A program made the translations under genes and the position numbers. The notes below the pieces were generated by a model. The model had not been told where the DNA came from. It did not search any database and saw only the letters and a list, made by a program, of their open reading frames with translations. This document shows, piece after piece, positions 36,252 through 48,615 of a stretch of 64,000 nucleotides of DNA. This stretch comes from Plasmodiophora brassicae (taxonomy: Eukaryota), in contig CP145418.1 of NCBI GenBank assembly GCA_036867785.1, positions 186,001-250,000 on the forward strand, given 5' to 3'. The stretch's first letter is position 1; every line of letters starts with the position of its first letter.

Positions 36252-36640
36252 TCATCGGCCAGGCAGTGTCATCAGCGGGCGACCGCATCTACGCTTGTCA
36301 GCGTCCAGGTCGTCAAACAGTATCTGCTTATGCAGCCGTCCGTCGCCCTTTCGAACGACGCGAGCGACCCTTAGCCCCAGCACGCCAAGCACCATAGCCT
36401 CGACTCTGATCCACGGCTGCTCATCCAGCAGTGAATCAACAGGCGATAGCGCCGCGATCCGGTGCATATCGATGAGGGCACGATAAATAACTGGGCACAC
36501 TCCTGCTTCGCATTGTGCTCGGCCAGGACCGCGGACGTCGTCTTGTTGCGCTCAAATCGCGCAGTAAGTGTACGAGTACTACGTACACAGCCCAGAAATA
36601 CGCATATACAGCATTCAGCATCGTATAGGCGGAAACAATC
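36252..36640 (-). pseudogene. RTE-clade-like LINE ORF C-terminal relic
   Basis: RKGDGRLHKQILFDDLDADKRRCGRP resembles the RMxxxRLPKQILFGELxxGKRxxGRP tail of RTE LINEs; LYDAEC lies upstream. Confidence 0.6.
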
Positions 36641-36793
36641 GTAGACAGCACGTTGACGTTCACTACAGCGCCACGGTCGTGGCGTCAAGAAAGGCATGCC
36701 CAGGGGGAGGGTCGCAGCGGCCGACAGGGGCCGCAGTCGCGGACTGCGTGGCGGAGTTCCGTGCCCGCCATCAACCTCAGATCGGCTCAGACG

Positions 36794-38320
36794 ATGGAAT
36801 CTGAGAAAGTGTTACGGGAGCGCCTGGAGCGCCTGACGGCGCGGATGCGCTCCCAGAAGGCGGCAGCACTTTCCGCCTTGGACCTGGCCGCGAAAACCGC
36901 AGAACAGAACGCTGCGGAACTCAACGAAGCGCGATCGCGGATCGAGGCGTTAGAGGCGGAATTGCTAGCCTGTCGAGCGGATCGCGATGCTGCGATCGCT
37001 CGTGCTGAGCGTGCAGAATTGCATTTGAAATCATTTCGAAATTCCGTCCTGGATTCACTCGACCGCGCTGAGAGAGATCTCAGTGCCGAGAAGTCGCCGT
37101 CATCGGCGGATGCCGCACCGCTTCCTGCTTCAGCACCTATTCAGCCTCTACAATCACCTCTGAAGCCCAGGAAACGTCCCAGAGAACGGCCGCGTATTCC
37201 GGAGCCACGTGATGTCTCGCCTACGGCTGCGACCGAACGCCCGGAGCCACCCAAGGCCAAGCAACGCGATACGTTTGATGAGTCGTTCTCCGTTGTTTCG
37301 GTGGCAAGCTTGCCACCGCTGTCTGAGGCCGAAATTGTTCCTGCTGGGCGCTCAGAGTTGTCCCAGCTCCTTTCTGCTGCTGGTGTCGCTGAAACCGAAC
37401 TGGCATGCTGTCGAATCTCGGCTGGCCTTTCGAACGGCTCCTTAACGCTTGACGCGGTCGTTGAAGAGACGTTAAACTCGCTTCGAACGGCTTGTGATTC
37501 GGAGGGTCCATGCAATCGTCTCGTTGACGTTCTTCTGGGTGTCGCGGGATCGCGTCCTGCCCTGATCGACATGCTGCTGCACGCGTTCTGCTCCCATATT
37601 CGCCGCAGGGAATCGCTGTCGGATCCGCTGGACATCGGAATCGTGTCATGCTTCGGCCGAATCTGCCACGCTACCGGGCGCGTTGAACGCGCTCGCGTCC
37701 TCCTCTTCGACCTGATGCGTCTGAATCCAATCCTGCAGCGCCAGGCCATCGACGTTCTGATTGAGAACTGCCCGGATTGCATCGATCCAGACAATCGGTC
37801 CTGTTTGGCAGAAGCAGTTCGTCTCATTCTGGCTGATACCGATGCCGATGACAAGTTCGGCGCTCTTGCTCAGCGTGCTGTTGGGCTAGTCGGTGATGCT
37901 GACGATGCCCCCAGGGCGATCGAGCTCATGGCATTGGCACGAGGATGGCCTTGGGCGTGTGCAAAGATCATCACGCCGCTGTGGGATCGCATTCGAACCT
38001 GCACGAACTCACCAACGCTGACGTCGCTCATCGAGTGCATCGGAATCGTGTCGAAAACGTCAGGCGCGGAAGGCGGTCAGTTCCGAGACGCGATCCTGGA
38101 TCGCTTCAACGCGATCCTGGCGCTTGACGGCGCATCGTTCCCGACCGATGTTCAGGTCGCCGCTGCGGACGCGGTCGTCATCATGGCGAACGGGCAGCTG
38201 AACCCTGTCCGGCCTGTCTACAGGTGGTACATCTCGGCACCCGACACGGTACGAGCCGCGCTTCCTGCCCGCCTCCGCGAGGACATCCAGTTCATTGGAA
38301 AGCTGCTTGCTGTGCGATAG
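36794..38320 (+). CDS. Hypothetical protein: coiled coil, Pro-rich linker, helical C-terminal domain (possibly ICE1-like)
   Basis: Long uninterrupted ORF. ELMALARGWPWACAKIITPLW is loosely reminiscent of the ICE1 C-terminus (weak inference). Confidence 0.7.
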   Translation: MESEKVLRERLERLTARMRSQKAAALSALDLAAKTAEQNAAELNEARSRIEALEAELLACRADRDAAIARAERAELHLKSFRNSVLDSLDRAERDLSAEKSPSSADAAPLPASAPIQPLQSPLKPRKRPRERPRIPEPRDVSPTAATERPEPPKAKQRDTFDESFSVVSVASLPPLSEAEIVPAGRSELSQLLSAAGVAETELACCRISAGLSNGSLTLDAVVEETLNSLRTACDSEGPCNRLVDVLLGVAGSRPALIDMLLHAFCSHIRRRESLSDPLDIGIVSCFGRICHATGRVERARVLLFDLMRLNPILQRQAIDVLIENCPDCIDPDNRSCLAEAVRLILADTDADDKFGALAQRAVGLVGDADDAPRAIELMALARGWPWACAKIITPLWDRIRTCTNSPTLTSLIECIGIVSKTSGAEGGQFRDAILDRFNAILALDGASFPTDVQVAAADAVVIMANGQLNPVRPVYRWYISAPDTVRAALPARLREDIQFIGKLLAVR

Positions 38321-38450
38321 TCTGGCAATATTGATCCATCAAGTAATATACTACTATATGTTTCGATATCGTCCAGCCCAAGTGATAGAATACCACTCTA
38401 CGGGTGATCTGGCTGCCAGCGTTATCTTGCTCGAGCAGGCACCTGGTTGG

Positions 38451-39341
38451 TCACAGGACAAGAAGTCTGTGTAAATCCCCATGAGCAACACATTCATCGA
38501 GCGACGCAACCTAACAACGTACACGACAATGAGGAGGAGGAGGACGATGATGATCAACATGCCGGTGCACGAGTTATCTCGTTTCATCAAATCCGCCGCC
38601 TTCTTTGTGCCTGACCGCAGGTTCAGGTGTGTCTCGTCGATCCCCTGATCCAGGTCGTTGAGCAGGTCGGAGTGCAGCAGCAACTCGCTGTTGATGTTCT
38701 CGCCCATATTCTTCAGCCGTCCAACCCCAGCTAGGATGTCATCCAGCTTCTCGTCGTGCTCGTCGAAATCCGCCTCTTGCTCGCTGTTTGTCAGAATCGC
38801 GATTATTGGTTGGAGCGCACTGATGTGGTTGGTGCACGTACTGCATTAGCTGAGCATTGCTCTTGCCGAGTGTATCATTCGTTTCCGAGGCCACTGGCGC
38901 AGACCGCCTGCCTTGCTGCTGCGACTGCCTAGCTCGCGTGAAACTTGCCCGTTCGTTTAGCGCGACAAGCGCCTGTTGCCGTCGGCGTATCTCCGCGTCG
39001 GGCATGACGGCGTCCGGCACCATCTTGTCCAGCGAATCTTGTAGAGTCTTCAGGTTGGCCGCAAGAATCGATTCTGACGCCACAGTTTATACACAGCGTT
39101 TCTCGTCACGCGGAACCGCCCTGTACCTGTATTGCGGATGTCGCGTTTGATACGCGGCGCACCGGCCGATCCCGTATCGCGAGCCAGCCGCTGCTGTAGA
39201 TCATTCAGCTCCACGATCTACACACACGTTCGTCAGCATCGCGCGCCAACATCGGCTGCTTGTCGGGATGGCGAGCACCTTGGCCTCCGTCTGGTCGTAC
39301 AATTGCAGCCAGTCCGCCGACGCCGATAGCGTCGACGCCAT
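38451..39341 (-). CDS. STX8: Syntaxin-8/SYP5-like Qc-SNARE, multi-exon
   Basis: N-terminal DWLQLY, IRRRQ helix, HDEKLDDILAGVGRLKNMGENINSEL SNARE motif and C-terminal TM. Confidence 0.7.
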
Positions 39342-39371
39342 CGCGACTGGGCGCAACACCAATTTACTGCG

Positions 39372-39460
39372 CCGCTCTCCAATCTGAACTTCCGCTCTCC
39401 AATCTGAACTTCCGCTCTCCAATCTGAACTTCCGCTCTCCAACTTAAACTTGCGCTCTCC
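39372..39460. repeat. 20-nt minisatellite (CCGCTCTCCAATCTGAACTT), about 4.5 copies
   Basis: Three perfect units plus degenerate ones, about 30 nt upstream of the syntaxin start codon. Confidence 0.95.
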
Positions 39461-39676
39461 TCAGTCCCAGCACAGCGCACAATACTCAGGAGAGGACGTA
39501 CAGGCACCCGCGTACTTACGGTCCTACAACATCTTACGAGCCGGCGTGTTTCGTTGGTTCTAATCGCTGATGCGTGTTTCAACAGTTTTTATTGTCCCGG
39601 TTCGGGTTATCGGAATGTTAATTCGCTTGATCGCGCTAGTACCCATTACTGTCGTCGTGCGCCAACGGCCACGAAC

Positions 39677-40852
39677 ATGCGTCGGCCCACTGGCTGGCGC
39701 GTACTTCAAGGCCTAACCCTTGTATCGATAGCGCTATCAGGAGTATGTGTACTGACCTTGAACATACGGCACCGCCCAGATGCCATTGTTGCCAATACCC
39801 TGCAAACTGGCTCTCGCACGGATGGTCAGTGCCCACCGTCAGGGTTCGTTGGCGACCTGAAGCCTGGTGCTGTCTTGACAATGCTGGTCATGCCTAAACC
39901 GGTAGACGATGCAGACCGCGAGAGAATCGCACAGCTGGATTTCATGATGGCAACCTGGGCCAGCATGCCGCATGTCAATTTCGTTGTCAAATCGCAGCAC
40001 TGTACCGTTTTGAGGCGTGCCCGCCGGCACCGGCTACCAACGCTTCGGGACCCGATCACCGCCAACGAGATCGGGAGTTTGACCTACAGACGCGTTCTGC
40101 CTATGCTCGAGGACGGCACGATCCCGAGCAACACGCCGCTTGTTGGATACGCGAACGCAGACATCTGGTTCGACTCCACCCTGGGCCAAACCGCAGTGCT
40201 GGTGATGGAGAAGTTCGGGAACGAGCTCAACCGAGTCTTCGTTATTGGTCGACGATTGAATATGGATTTCCGGGACGTCGCGCGGGTAGCAGAACAGGGC
40301 ATCGGCCTTCCGAAGCGGAACAACGTCGCAGCAGAGCTGGAAACCACTATCGCTCAGGTCGTTCCGTTCGCCAGGTTGCGACCGGGATTCCAATCTGATC
40401 AGGTGGGTGAACAGGACTATTTCATATACGGTAGAGGGATCGAAATCCAGTGGCAATGCGTTCCACCGTTCCTGATCGGCGGAATCATGTTCGGTAATGC
40501 GGACACGCGATGCCAAGGGAGATGTCTAATGGGTTGAACGTCAGATAATTGGCTGACGTCGCTGGTCAACAACATGGATGGTATGCACACCATTGACGCG
40601 ACAATGCTGCTGAACGCGGTCCACATCAACCACGGCGATGTTCGCCATGAATCACACGATAATGCTGCCAGCGATGTGAATCGCGTCATCGCGTTAGTCA
40701 ACCCGATCGGCGAGATGTCGTCCATGCCGGAAGCCCAATGGACCTTGTGGAGGTTTAAAGATGGACGCACCGATTTCCATCGCAACGTTCGCGTTAAGAC
40801 CAACGTCCCTGATCCGAAGTACACGAGGTGCCTAGCGCGATACGCGACGTAG
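39677..40852 (+). CDS. Type II membrane protein, putative GT-A-like glycosyltransferase (2 exons)
   Basis: N-terminal TM; GYANADIWF, IGRR, DYFI, PPFLIG and DNWL motifs. Intron at about 40494-40544. Confidence 0.6.
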
Positions 40853-40914
40853 ACGTCGAATAAATAACGAACGCGAAGGCCCGGACATCATGCGGATGAG
40901 GAAAGTTAATTAAT

Positions 40915-41382
40915 TTAACGGTCACAGGCAACAATTTTCAGCATATCAGTGTGGATCGTTTCATGCTCCAGGCGAATCTAATCAACGGTAATCAGTCGTA
41001 CTGATTAGAGCACGCCACAATTTACAGCTCCACCGAGGCGTTCTTGATGTACATTGTCCAGACATTGTCACAGTGGCGATAGGTGTCCAAACCGCCGGTC
41101 AGTGCCGCTTTCACATCCACCTCCGATTTCACCGCCCTGCTAATGCACTATACGCACACACACACACACACACACACATCAGTTCACACGTCTTCAGCAT
41201 GCCTTGGTTCGGCATACGCGATCGAATTCCTGCAGGATCCGCAGCGCCGTGTCTGCGTCGATCCGGTCCAGGTCGACCAGCTCCTGCAGCGAATCCTTCA
41301 ACGTCTCGCCGATCGTCGTGTTCCGGTAGAGCGTGAACGACGGGGCGGGCCCGGTCGCCGCACTTGACGCCGAGCGACTCAT
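40915..41382 (-). CDS. GTF2A2: Transcription initiation factor IIA gamma (small) subunit (3 exons)
   Basis: LYRNTTIGETLKDSLQEL...LQEFDR | GGLDTYRHCDNVWT | LKIVACD. Confidence 0.92.
41155..41178. repeat. (CA)n microsatellite in TFIIA-gamma intron 1
   Basis: Read directly. Confidence 0.95.
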
Positions 41383-41486
41383 TGGCAGTGTGGCCGACCT
41401 CACGCCTCACGGCCTTTATTGCCGTCGGAACGAGGGGACAGCTGCTCTCTCTGGGCTTGAACGAATCTCGTGTTTATCACGGTTCA

Positions 41487-42671
41487 TTACAGATGACAGT
41501 GACGCCGGATCTCTTGCCAGATGGCAGCCCCGTCTAGGCGCATTGCAATCGTGACAGCTGCCTTGCGGTCGGTTTTGTGGTCCCAGTCGACGATGGTCAG
41601 GCCGCGGGAGAACCGACCCGACAGTTCGACGTGGACGGGGCGGATGACGGATTCGAGGATGACGGATGGGTCGAGAGCGGCCATCAGCGCCCACGCATCG
41701 AAGACGTACATCAATGCCTGCTTCTGCTTGTCAACTGCATGGCGAACAGTTCGTTGGTAGCTCTCGAATATCTTGACGATAAAGGCCCCAGCGCGAGACC
41801 CCGATGCCGACAGTTCGTCCAACATCTCCCAGGCAATACCTGAGTCGACGATGGGCTCTCGGGCCACGATCAACTGCACAATGAATAAGCATTTCGCTCT
41901 CTGAACGAACGGTATCGGGGTACCGCTTACCATGCGAACTTGGTCAGCAGATGATAAAACAATGTGGGCTGCTTCAGGATCGGCAAAGATATCTGTGCAG
42001 GCACTCATTCGAACACGACCACTAAGCGAAATCGAGCGACGCGCCGTACTGAACTCAGCACAGGCTGTTTCGTTGCCACGGGCGTGAACCGCGCCTCCCA
42101 TGATTGTCAGAGAGTGCAGGCGGCCGAGGAATCCGGGGTCCAGTCGCTGGGCCAGGGCGACGTTCGTCAGCGGGCCCACAGCAATGAGCTCGATCTTGCC
42201 GCTGTACTCCTTCGATAATCGCACCAGGGCGAGGACAGCATGCTCGGATTCAATCGGGCACGATCCCGACGAATCGACATTGATGAACGCGCTGATGTCG
42301 GCATCACCAAGCCCATTCGCGCCGTGCCCTACGAAGGTCTTCGAACGCTCGCCCAGCAACGAACGGTCAGCCCCAGCAAAGACAGGCACCCGTTTGCCGC
42401 TCTTCGCGAACAACTGCACCAGTATGCTCATGTTACGTGCCGCCTGGTCCACGCCGACGTTCCCGGCAACGGCCGTCAGCGCCAGGACATCGCACGACTC
42501 AGACTTCAACGCTACAATGACAGCGACGGCGTCATCTACGCCACCTGCACACACGCGTCGTCGCGTCGTTTAGCATCACAGAATCGCCTATAGCCCTATA
42601 CGCGGGTGGATGTTACCGTCAGTATCGACAATTACCAGTCGCCGCCCGGCACCACCCTCGCCTACGTCCAT
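41487..42671 (-). CDS. Inosine/uridine-preferring nucleoside hydrolase, multi-exon
   Basis: IVDTDG|GVDD, VAGNV, HGANGLGD, GPLTNVA, MGG and DPEAA. Confidence 0.9.
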
Positions 42672-42833
42672 CGCGAATCCCAACGATCGGCCAATTTTGT
42701 TTGATGCGGCAGGGCGTCGCACTACGGTCGCACTGTGGGCACCGAATATGGGTCGGAAGACCACCTGGGTCCAACGCGCATGGACAAGGGTGGTGTATAG
42801 AGGAACTTCACAATACGGTTAATGACGCGCACA

Positions 42834-43976
42834 TCAGGGACTATCGCCCAAGAGGAGTTCTCTGGCGCGACGATCGAACTCTTCTTTGCTGATGAGGTCC
42901 AGATTGAGGGCCTCCTTAAGGTTTTCGACAAGGGCCTTCGCGGTCTTGGCCTGGAGCAGGCGCTGCCTGCAGATGGCCGATGCCTCGAGGTTGGCCGAAA
43001 TCTTCGCAATCGACGCGGTCTGTCGTTCCAGCATCTGAGCGGGAGCGGGCGACGCCGGTAAGTCTCCTGATCCGGTGATCGGCTTCGTGTCAACGGAGGC
43101 GGGCTTGTGGGCAACCTCATCTGGTTGTTCTTTAGGCGCCGCAGGGATCATTGCAACCGTCGACTCTGCCATAGGTGGGACGGCAGACATTCCGTCCTTT
43201 GCGGCCTCATCTGCAACCGGTGCCGGCTCGTGGATGACGTCGGCCATGGCAGCGTCCATGATCTCCGCCTCCTCGCGAGTCAGGTAGTACCACGTCGAGC
43301 GGCGACGATCGGGCGGCTTCGAGACCCCATCATTGTCCGAAGGCGATTCCGGCGAGTGTCTACGATCCCGGATTCGTTGCTTCAGCTGCTCTTCCGACAC
43401 AGGGCAGCCGGGGAACGCTAGCTTGAAATCCGCATACACCTGCAGCGTTCTTAGACACACCCCTGATAGCATCAGCGTGACACGAACCTTCTGCCAGACT
43501 TTGAACGGCAGCACCTGAGACACGCTACCCTTGCCCTTTGCGTATTCCGCGTAGTGCTTGTCGTACGACGACATGAGGACGTTCATCATGCGTTCGTCGA
43601 CAAAGACACGCTTCCGCTTCTTGACGGCAGTCTGATCCGGCTTAACGTCATCGGACCGTTGCCCGCCGCCGTGGGTAACTGGAGCCTCACCGGACACCGT
43701 ACTGTCCGACCTGGCACCGTCGCCACTGCCGGCATCCGCCATGATCGCCGTTTTTCGCACCGACCTCTGCGGATATTTGACTGGTGTTCCAGGACGAGCC
43801 GATTGTTCGAAAGTCCGGGGCTCCTGATTTAAACTCGGGATCGGCGGGTAGACGCGCGTCTGCCGCACAGGATCCTCGACGACCTGCTCCGAAGCGCCAC
43901 TCATCTTTGTTGGGGCGCCGGCCATGTCCGACCCATCGCCTGCACTGCCGTCCGCCAGGTTCGCTGCTACTGGCAT
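42834..43976 (-). CDS. Hypothetical protein with Myb/trihelix-like helices and C-terminal SHOCT-like motif
   Basis: Long ORF with a probable in-frame 45-nt intron near 43440-43487. C-terminus LKEALNLDLISKEEFDRRARELL is SHOCT-like. Confidence 0.6.
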   Translation of the reverse strand: MPVAANLADGSAGDGSDMAGAPTKMSGASEQVVEDPVRQTRVYPPIPSLNQEPRTFEQSARPGTPVKYPQRSVRKTAIMADAGSGDGARSDSTVSGEAPVTHGGGQRSDDVKPDQTAVKKRKRVFVDERMMNVLMSSYDKHYAEYAKGKGSVSQVLPFKVWQKVRVTLMLSGVCLRTLQVYADFKLAFPGCPVSEEQLKQRIRDRRHSPESPSDNDGVSKPPDRRRSTWYYLTREEAEIMDAAMADVIHEPAPVADEAAKDGMSAVPPMAESTVAMIPAAPKEQPDEVAHKPASVDTKPITGSGDLPASPAPAQMLERQTASIAKISANLEASAICRQRLLQAKTAKALVENLKEALNLDLISKEEFDRRARELLLGDSP

Positions 43977-44198
43977 CAAGGAAGTTTTGACGGGAGTTCT
44001 ACGGAGTCCGCCCAGAAACCCACCGACTGCCGACTGGCCGACCCAACTTTGGGGCTCCTATTTTGAACCCTTCTGGCTCCTGCCGGGCACCACGCCTCTA
44101 TGCAACTTTCCCATTGAAAATCCTGTTTGCATACAATCATTTGAGCGGCGTTGGCACATGGGTAACGCAGACCGTCAAGGTGACAGGATGATCATGCT

Positions 44199-45181
44199 TC
44201 ACAGATTACTCTTGGCTTTCTTGCTCTTGTCAGCGATCGAGGCAATGACTTTACGAATGGTCTTCTGGAAAACAGGGTCGGACCCAATCCGTTCCGAGTC
44301 GGCTACTGTAGCAATCGCTCAGTTTAGAATCATCGGCCGCTCTTGTTCGACTTACTGTCAAGGGCCTCCTCTCGTTTCATCTTCTCGGCGAAGCTCTGTC
44401 GCAGAAACGCCATCGTGTTGCCACGTGCGCCTTGATCCACCTTGGAACACCTGACAAGTTGGGCCAACGCCGCATCCCGCATGGTCTCAGGTGTATCAAA
44501 GACGGCGTCAACGAACCCGATCTCTTTCGCCTTGTGAGCAGGCATTACTGTCCCCAAGGGCAGGATGCGTTCTGCATGCCGCGTCCCAACCGTCTGAGCG
44601 AACACGTCGCACAGCCAGCGTGGAACGGTCAGCCCGACAGCGACTTCGTTGAGTCCGATTGCCGCCTTCCCGTTTAGCATGAATCGATAATGACAGGCCA
44701 GGGAAATGATAGCGCCGCCGCCAGGGGCATGCCCTGATTACAGAAACTGTTCAGATAGCAGCAAGGGACGTTTGTAGATGTACACAGACCCTGAATGCAG
44801 GCAATGGACACCAGCTTAGATGTGTAAATCCGCAGGAACATATTCCTAAGACTCTTCCAGAAATGCAACCAAGGCTTCATTTCGCCGACAAACAGGGACA
44901 GGTCGATGCCAGCCGAGAAGAAGCCCGGGACCGACGACGTAATCAGGAACCCTTTCACAGCCGGATTCGCCTCCATTGTATCGATCGCAGATACGATCCC
45001 ATCAACAACGACTGTCGCAACGACCACCCATTAGCACTCGAATGCGCAAGGCGACATCACGCGCACACTAACGCTGTACAAGCGCGTTTGCGGGCGGGCG
45101 CTGCATCTTAACGATACCATACGATCCCGTCCCCGATGGCAGCGCATGAATCTCGAGCGCGACAGGCGCCGGCACAGCCAT
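44199..45181 (-). CDS. ECI1: Enoyl-CoA delta isomerase (crotonase fold), multi-exon
   Basis: MQRPPANAL, FSAGIDL, GHAPGGG, ACHYR and IGLNEVAVGL. Confidence 0.85.
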
Positions 45182-45427
45182 GAGGACCTCTCACGGAGTC
45201 AACGTTCACACGAACGTGACAAACAAACGGTTACGAAAATCACAAAACGTGGGCGGCGCCCTCTACCGTCGAGACCCGAGACTAAAACCCATTTCCAGCC
45301 AAGTTTGCGCGATGTGGGCCGCGTTACGTACCCAGGCTTGGGGGAGAAATTTTATAAAGAAGCTTCGTGAATCGACTGAATCGTTTGCTTCGCGCTCAAC
45401 GGAAAGACGCCCCAGATGCTATATGGG

Positions 45428-45706
45428 CTATGGTGGTTGGTCCTGATCGTAGCCCTTAGCGATGGCGCGGCCGAGGATTTCGGTCAGTGGTGGGCGGGTT
45501 TGAGGTTTCGCATCGCGCTCCCTCTGATCGAGTTGTTGATCGAATACCTGTTCGGCTAGGCCCTTGCCGGTAGCGGCTGTGTCACCCGTGTACTCCTTGG
45601 CGGCTTTCTCGATCACCTTCGATTCGTTGATTTGGTCGACGACAAACAGGCCCGCCTTCGTCGCGACTCCCGCGATTGGCTCTGCGATTTGCTTCAGAGG
45701 GTCCAT
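45428..45706 (-). CDS. Small hypothetical protein (92 aa)
   Basis: ATG-initiated ORF with protein-like composition; no family recognised. Confidence 0.5.
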   Translation of the reverse strand: MDPLKQIAEPIAGVATKAGLFVVDQINESKVIEKAAKEYTGDTAATGKGLAEQVFDQQLDQRERDAKPQTRPPLTEILGRAIAKGYDQDQPP

Positions 45707-46619
45707 GACGGCTGGCGCATGCTCAACGCGATTGATGAGACCGGTGCACCAGTGATTAATTTAGCTTGTCGGGACGGTGCGGGTTGGTCAACTCAGTTCA
45801 AAGTGAGTTCCGTGTCGACGCAAATTCAAGCAACTGCTACGCCAACGATACCGGTGAATTCCCCGAAGTCCATCGTTGACCAGTATCCTCTCGTTGTAAA
45901 TAATGTCCTCATTTGTTTTTCTAACCCATAAATTCGGTTATGATCGGCCGGTGTTGTATGAGTAGAGTCGGTTCGACTACCTCGATAACATCCACTCCCG
46001 TTGTGACGTCCTGGCCAACTGCGGCACTCGCCGCCATTGACAGTTCTGCTTGTGGATTAATTGTATTCCGGTCTACTGTCTCCAGTACCGGCCTCGCGTT
46101 CTTTCGCGGTACGTATAGATACCAATTTCCGATACCTGACGTCACTGTTTCGCGCTGTTGTTCGAAGCGAGAACGGGAGCTCGAAGGCGATGCAACGAGC
46201 GCACCACTCGTTCACAGAACGAATGCTGGCGTGTTGCGGTCGGGTGCGGATTCTCGTCACCTGTCCTCACGTTGTTGTCGACAGCGTGCGTGCTAGGAAG
46301 AACCGAGTTACGTACTCGACAGGTCTCGTTCTTGAAGGCAACTGGTCAGCACAGCCAGCTCCAAAGTTGACCTCGAAACGGAACTCTATTCACCCTGAAA
46401 TTGCTCTCCAGCTCCCGCGCAGCCAGGGGAACTTTGTCTGCGTTGCCGCTCACCAAGCACTGGATCAGAGATCAGAGCTAGCGCGCGCTGGGGTTTCCAT
46501 GAAACGTTAATATCGTCCGCGTGTTTTACACTGTTCCGATTCGCCGAGCGCAGTTCTTAGGCCACTACTAGGTAGTGCATCCTCCGAAACTTGGTCATTC
46601 TCCAATTGTCGAACCTGCA

Positions 46620-47882
46620 ATGATGACGCAAGGGATGCTGATGTTGTTGGTGGCCGTTGGGGTTACGGCCAGGACTGCGCTGGCTGTCTATATCCGGACG
46701 GAGTCGTGGACGCCGACCAACTTCCTGGACCAGTTCGACTTCTTCGATGGCCCTGACCCGACGCACGGTTACGTTGAGTATGTGGACCGCTCCACCGCGT
46801 CGTCCCGTGGCCTCCTGCCCGTTGTTGACGGTGTTCAACTTCTTCGTGCCGACAGCACGACCGTTCTCGACGCGAGTGTCGTCGGACGCCGATCTGTCCG
46901 TATCCATTCCAAGCAGACTTTCAATAGCGGCCTCTTCTTGCTCGATATCACCCATATGCCTGTAGGATGCGGTACATGGCCCGCCTACTGGTTTGTTGGG
47001 AAAGGTAACGAATGCGAGGGTCACGGTAGTCGTACGTAGTTGTACTGACTGACGCGCCATTCTGATATAGGCGAGTTTGATGTCCTTGAAGGAATCAACA
47101 ACGAGACCAGCAACTATGTCGTGTACCACACGGAGGAAACGTGCACTCTGAACGCTACCCGGCATCAGACAGCGACCGTCCTGACAACGAGTTGTCACAC
47201 TGTTCCAACTGGGTGCGGGAATCAGGCAACCACGCCCGGCTCCTACGGTACTGCTTTCAACAACAACGGCGGTGGGATCTACGCGGCTTTATGGGATAAG
47301 ACGGGCATCTTCATCTGGATGTTTCCCAGACAAGCCATCCCTAACGACATCGTCCAGGGGTCGCCCCACCCGGATCTCTGGCCAATCCCAATGACGAACT
47401 TGTCGTTCAGTGCTTCGTCATGCGCCGCGACAGCATTCGGCAACACGAACATTGTCATGGACTTGACGTTCTGTGGCGACTGGGCTGGATCAAAATGGGT
47501 CTGGGAGGCGTCCGACTGTCAAGTTCTCGCGCCGACCTGCAACGCGTTCGTCGCAGCGAATCCGCATGCCTTCAAGGAAGCGTACTTCGGGATACGATCG
47601 CTCGACATATTCCAGACGCCTGATAACATCAAACCTGTTGCAGATCCAACCGAGCGCTCTGTTATGATGGGGGTGTCGCTGACGTTGCTCCTGTTGGGCG
47701 CTATGTCAGTGTGCTGGATCATGCATGCTTGTCGACGATGGGTTCAAGCAAGGCCTCGCCAACCTGCTGCTAAACGAGTCAGCCGCAGCAGGGTTCGACA
47801 AAACTACGCTGGCCAGGAGAACCAGCACGAACGACATTGGAGCCATGAAGCGGTACTGAACGAGGCGCATGAAGTGGCATAG
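46620..47882 (+). CDS. Glycoside hydrolase family 16 endo-1,3(4)-beta-glucanase-like, with signal peptide and C-terminal TM (2 exons)
   Basis: DPTHGYVEYV, GRRSVRI, HMPVGCGTWPAYW, catalytic GEFDVLE, FNNNGGG and LTFCGDWAG. Confidence 0.9.
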
Positions 47883-47987
47883 GATCCGTCGGGGCCAATT
47901 GGACAATGCCGCCTCCAGCATGGTGGACGCCCAGTCTTGTCATACAGTTAAGGGATCCCAACACTCGGCCACACGGATGATATGCTA

Positions 47988-48615
47988 GGTTCAACCCGGC
48001 CTTACGTCAGGTCAACGTGACCGCTTTCCCTGCCGTCTTTCATCCACTAAAGGGCGTTCCGGTTAAGCTGTCCGGGATGAACGCCCACAACGTCGTACTC
48101 GAAATGGACGCCACGTACGAGGATGTCGTTTCCGCGCTTCAGCGTGCTTTGTTCTACGCGTACATCGATGCGGAGTTCGAGCTTTGTACGTCCGATGGCG
48201 CTCTGATCGCCAAGGACACCCCCTTCAAATTATTCCCATTCAACATTAACTCGAGCAGGGGCGGCGGTCGAAAGCACCTGTGGGCTTGTCCGCAAGGAGG
48301 AATTCGACCAGACCGACAATACCGAATACCTCTGCCCCTCTAGTACTGTCGATGCCTTCAGGAATGGGAATAATTTTAAGGGGATGCCCTTGGCGATCAG
48401 AGCGCCATCGGACGTACAAAGCTCGAACTCCGCATCGATGTACGCGTAGAACAAAGCACGCTGAAGCGCGGAAACGACATCCTCGTACGTCGCGTCCATT
48501 TCGAGTACGACGTTGTGGGCGTTCATCCCGGACAGCTTAACCGGAACGCCCTTTAGTGGATGAAAGAAGGCAGGGAAGGCGGTCAAGTTGACCTGACGTA
48601 AGGCCGGGTTGAACC
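47988..48615. repeat. Long inverted repeat: 254-bp arms (47988-48241 / 48362-48615) with 120-nt spacer
   Basis: Arms are nearly identical, and the same peptide appears in the + ORF 48017 and the - ORF 48230..48772. Confidence 0.95.

Noticed and set aside
39470-39640. Possible third copy of the R1/R2 motif (GGTTCTAAT, small hairpin, CCGGT)
   Set aside because: The motifs are degenerate, and I found no closing stem or GNRA arm; this is within chance.
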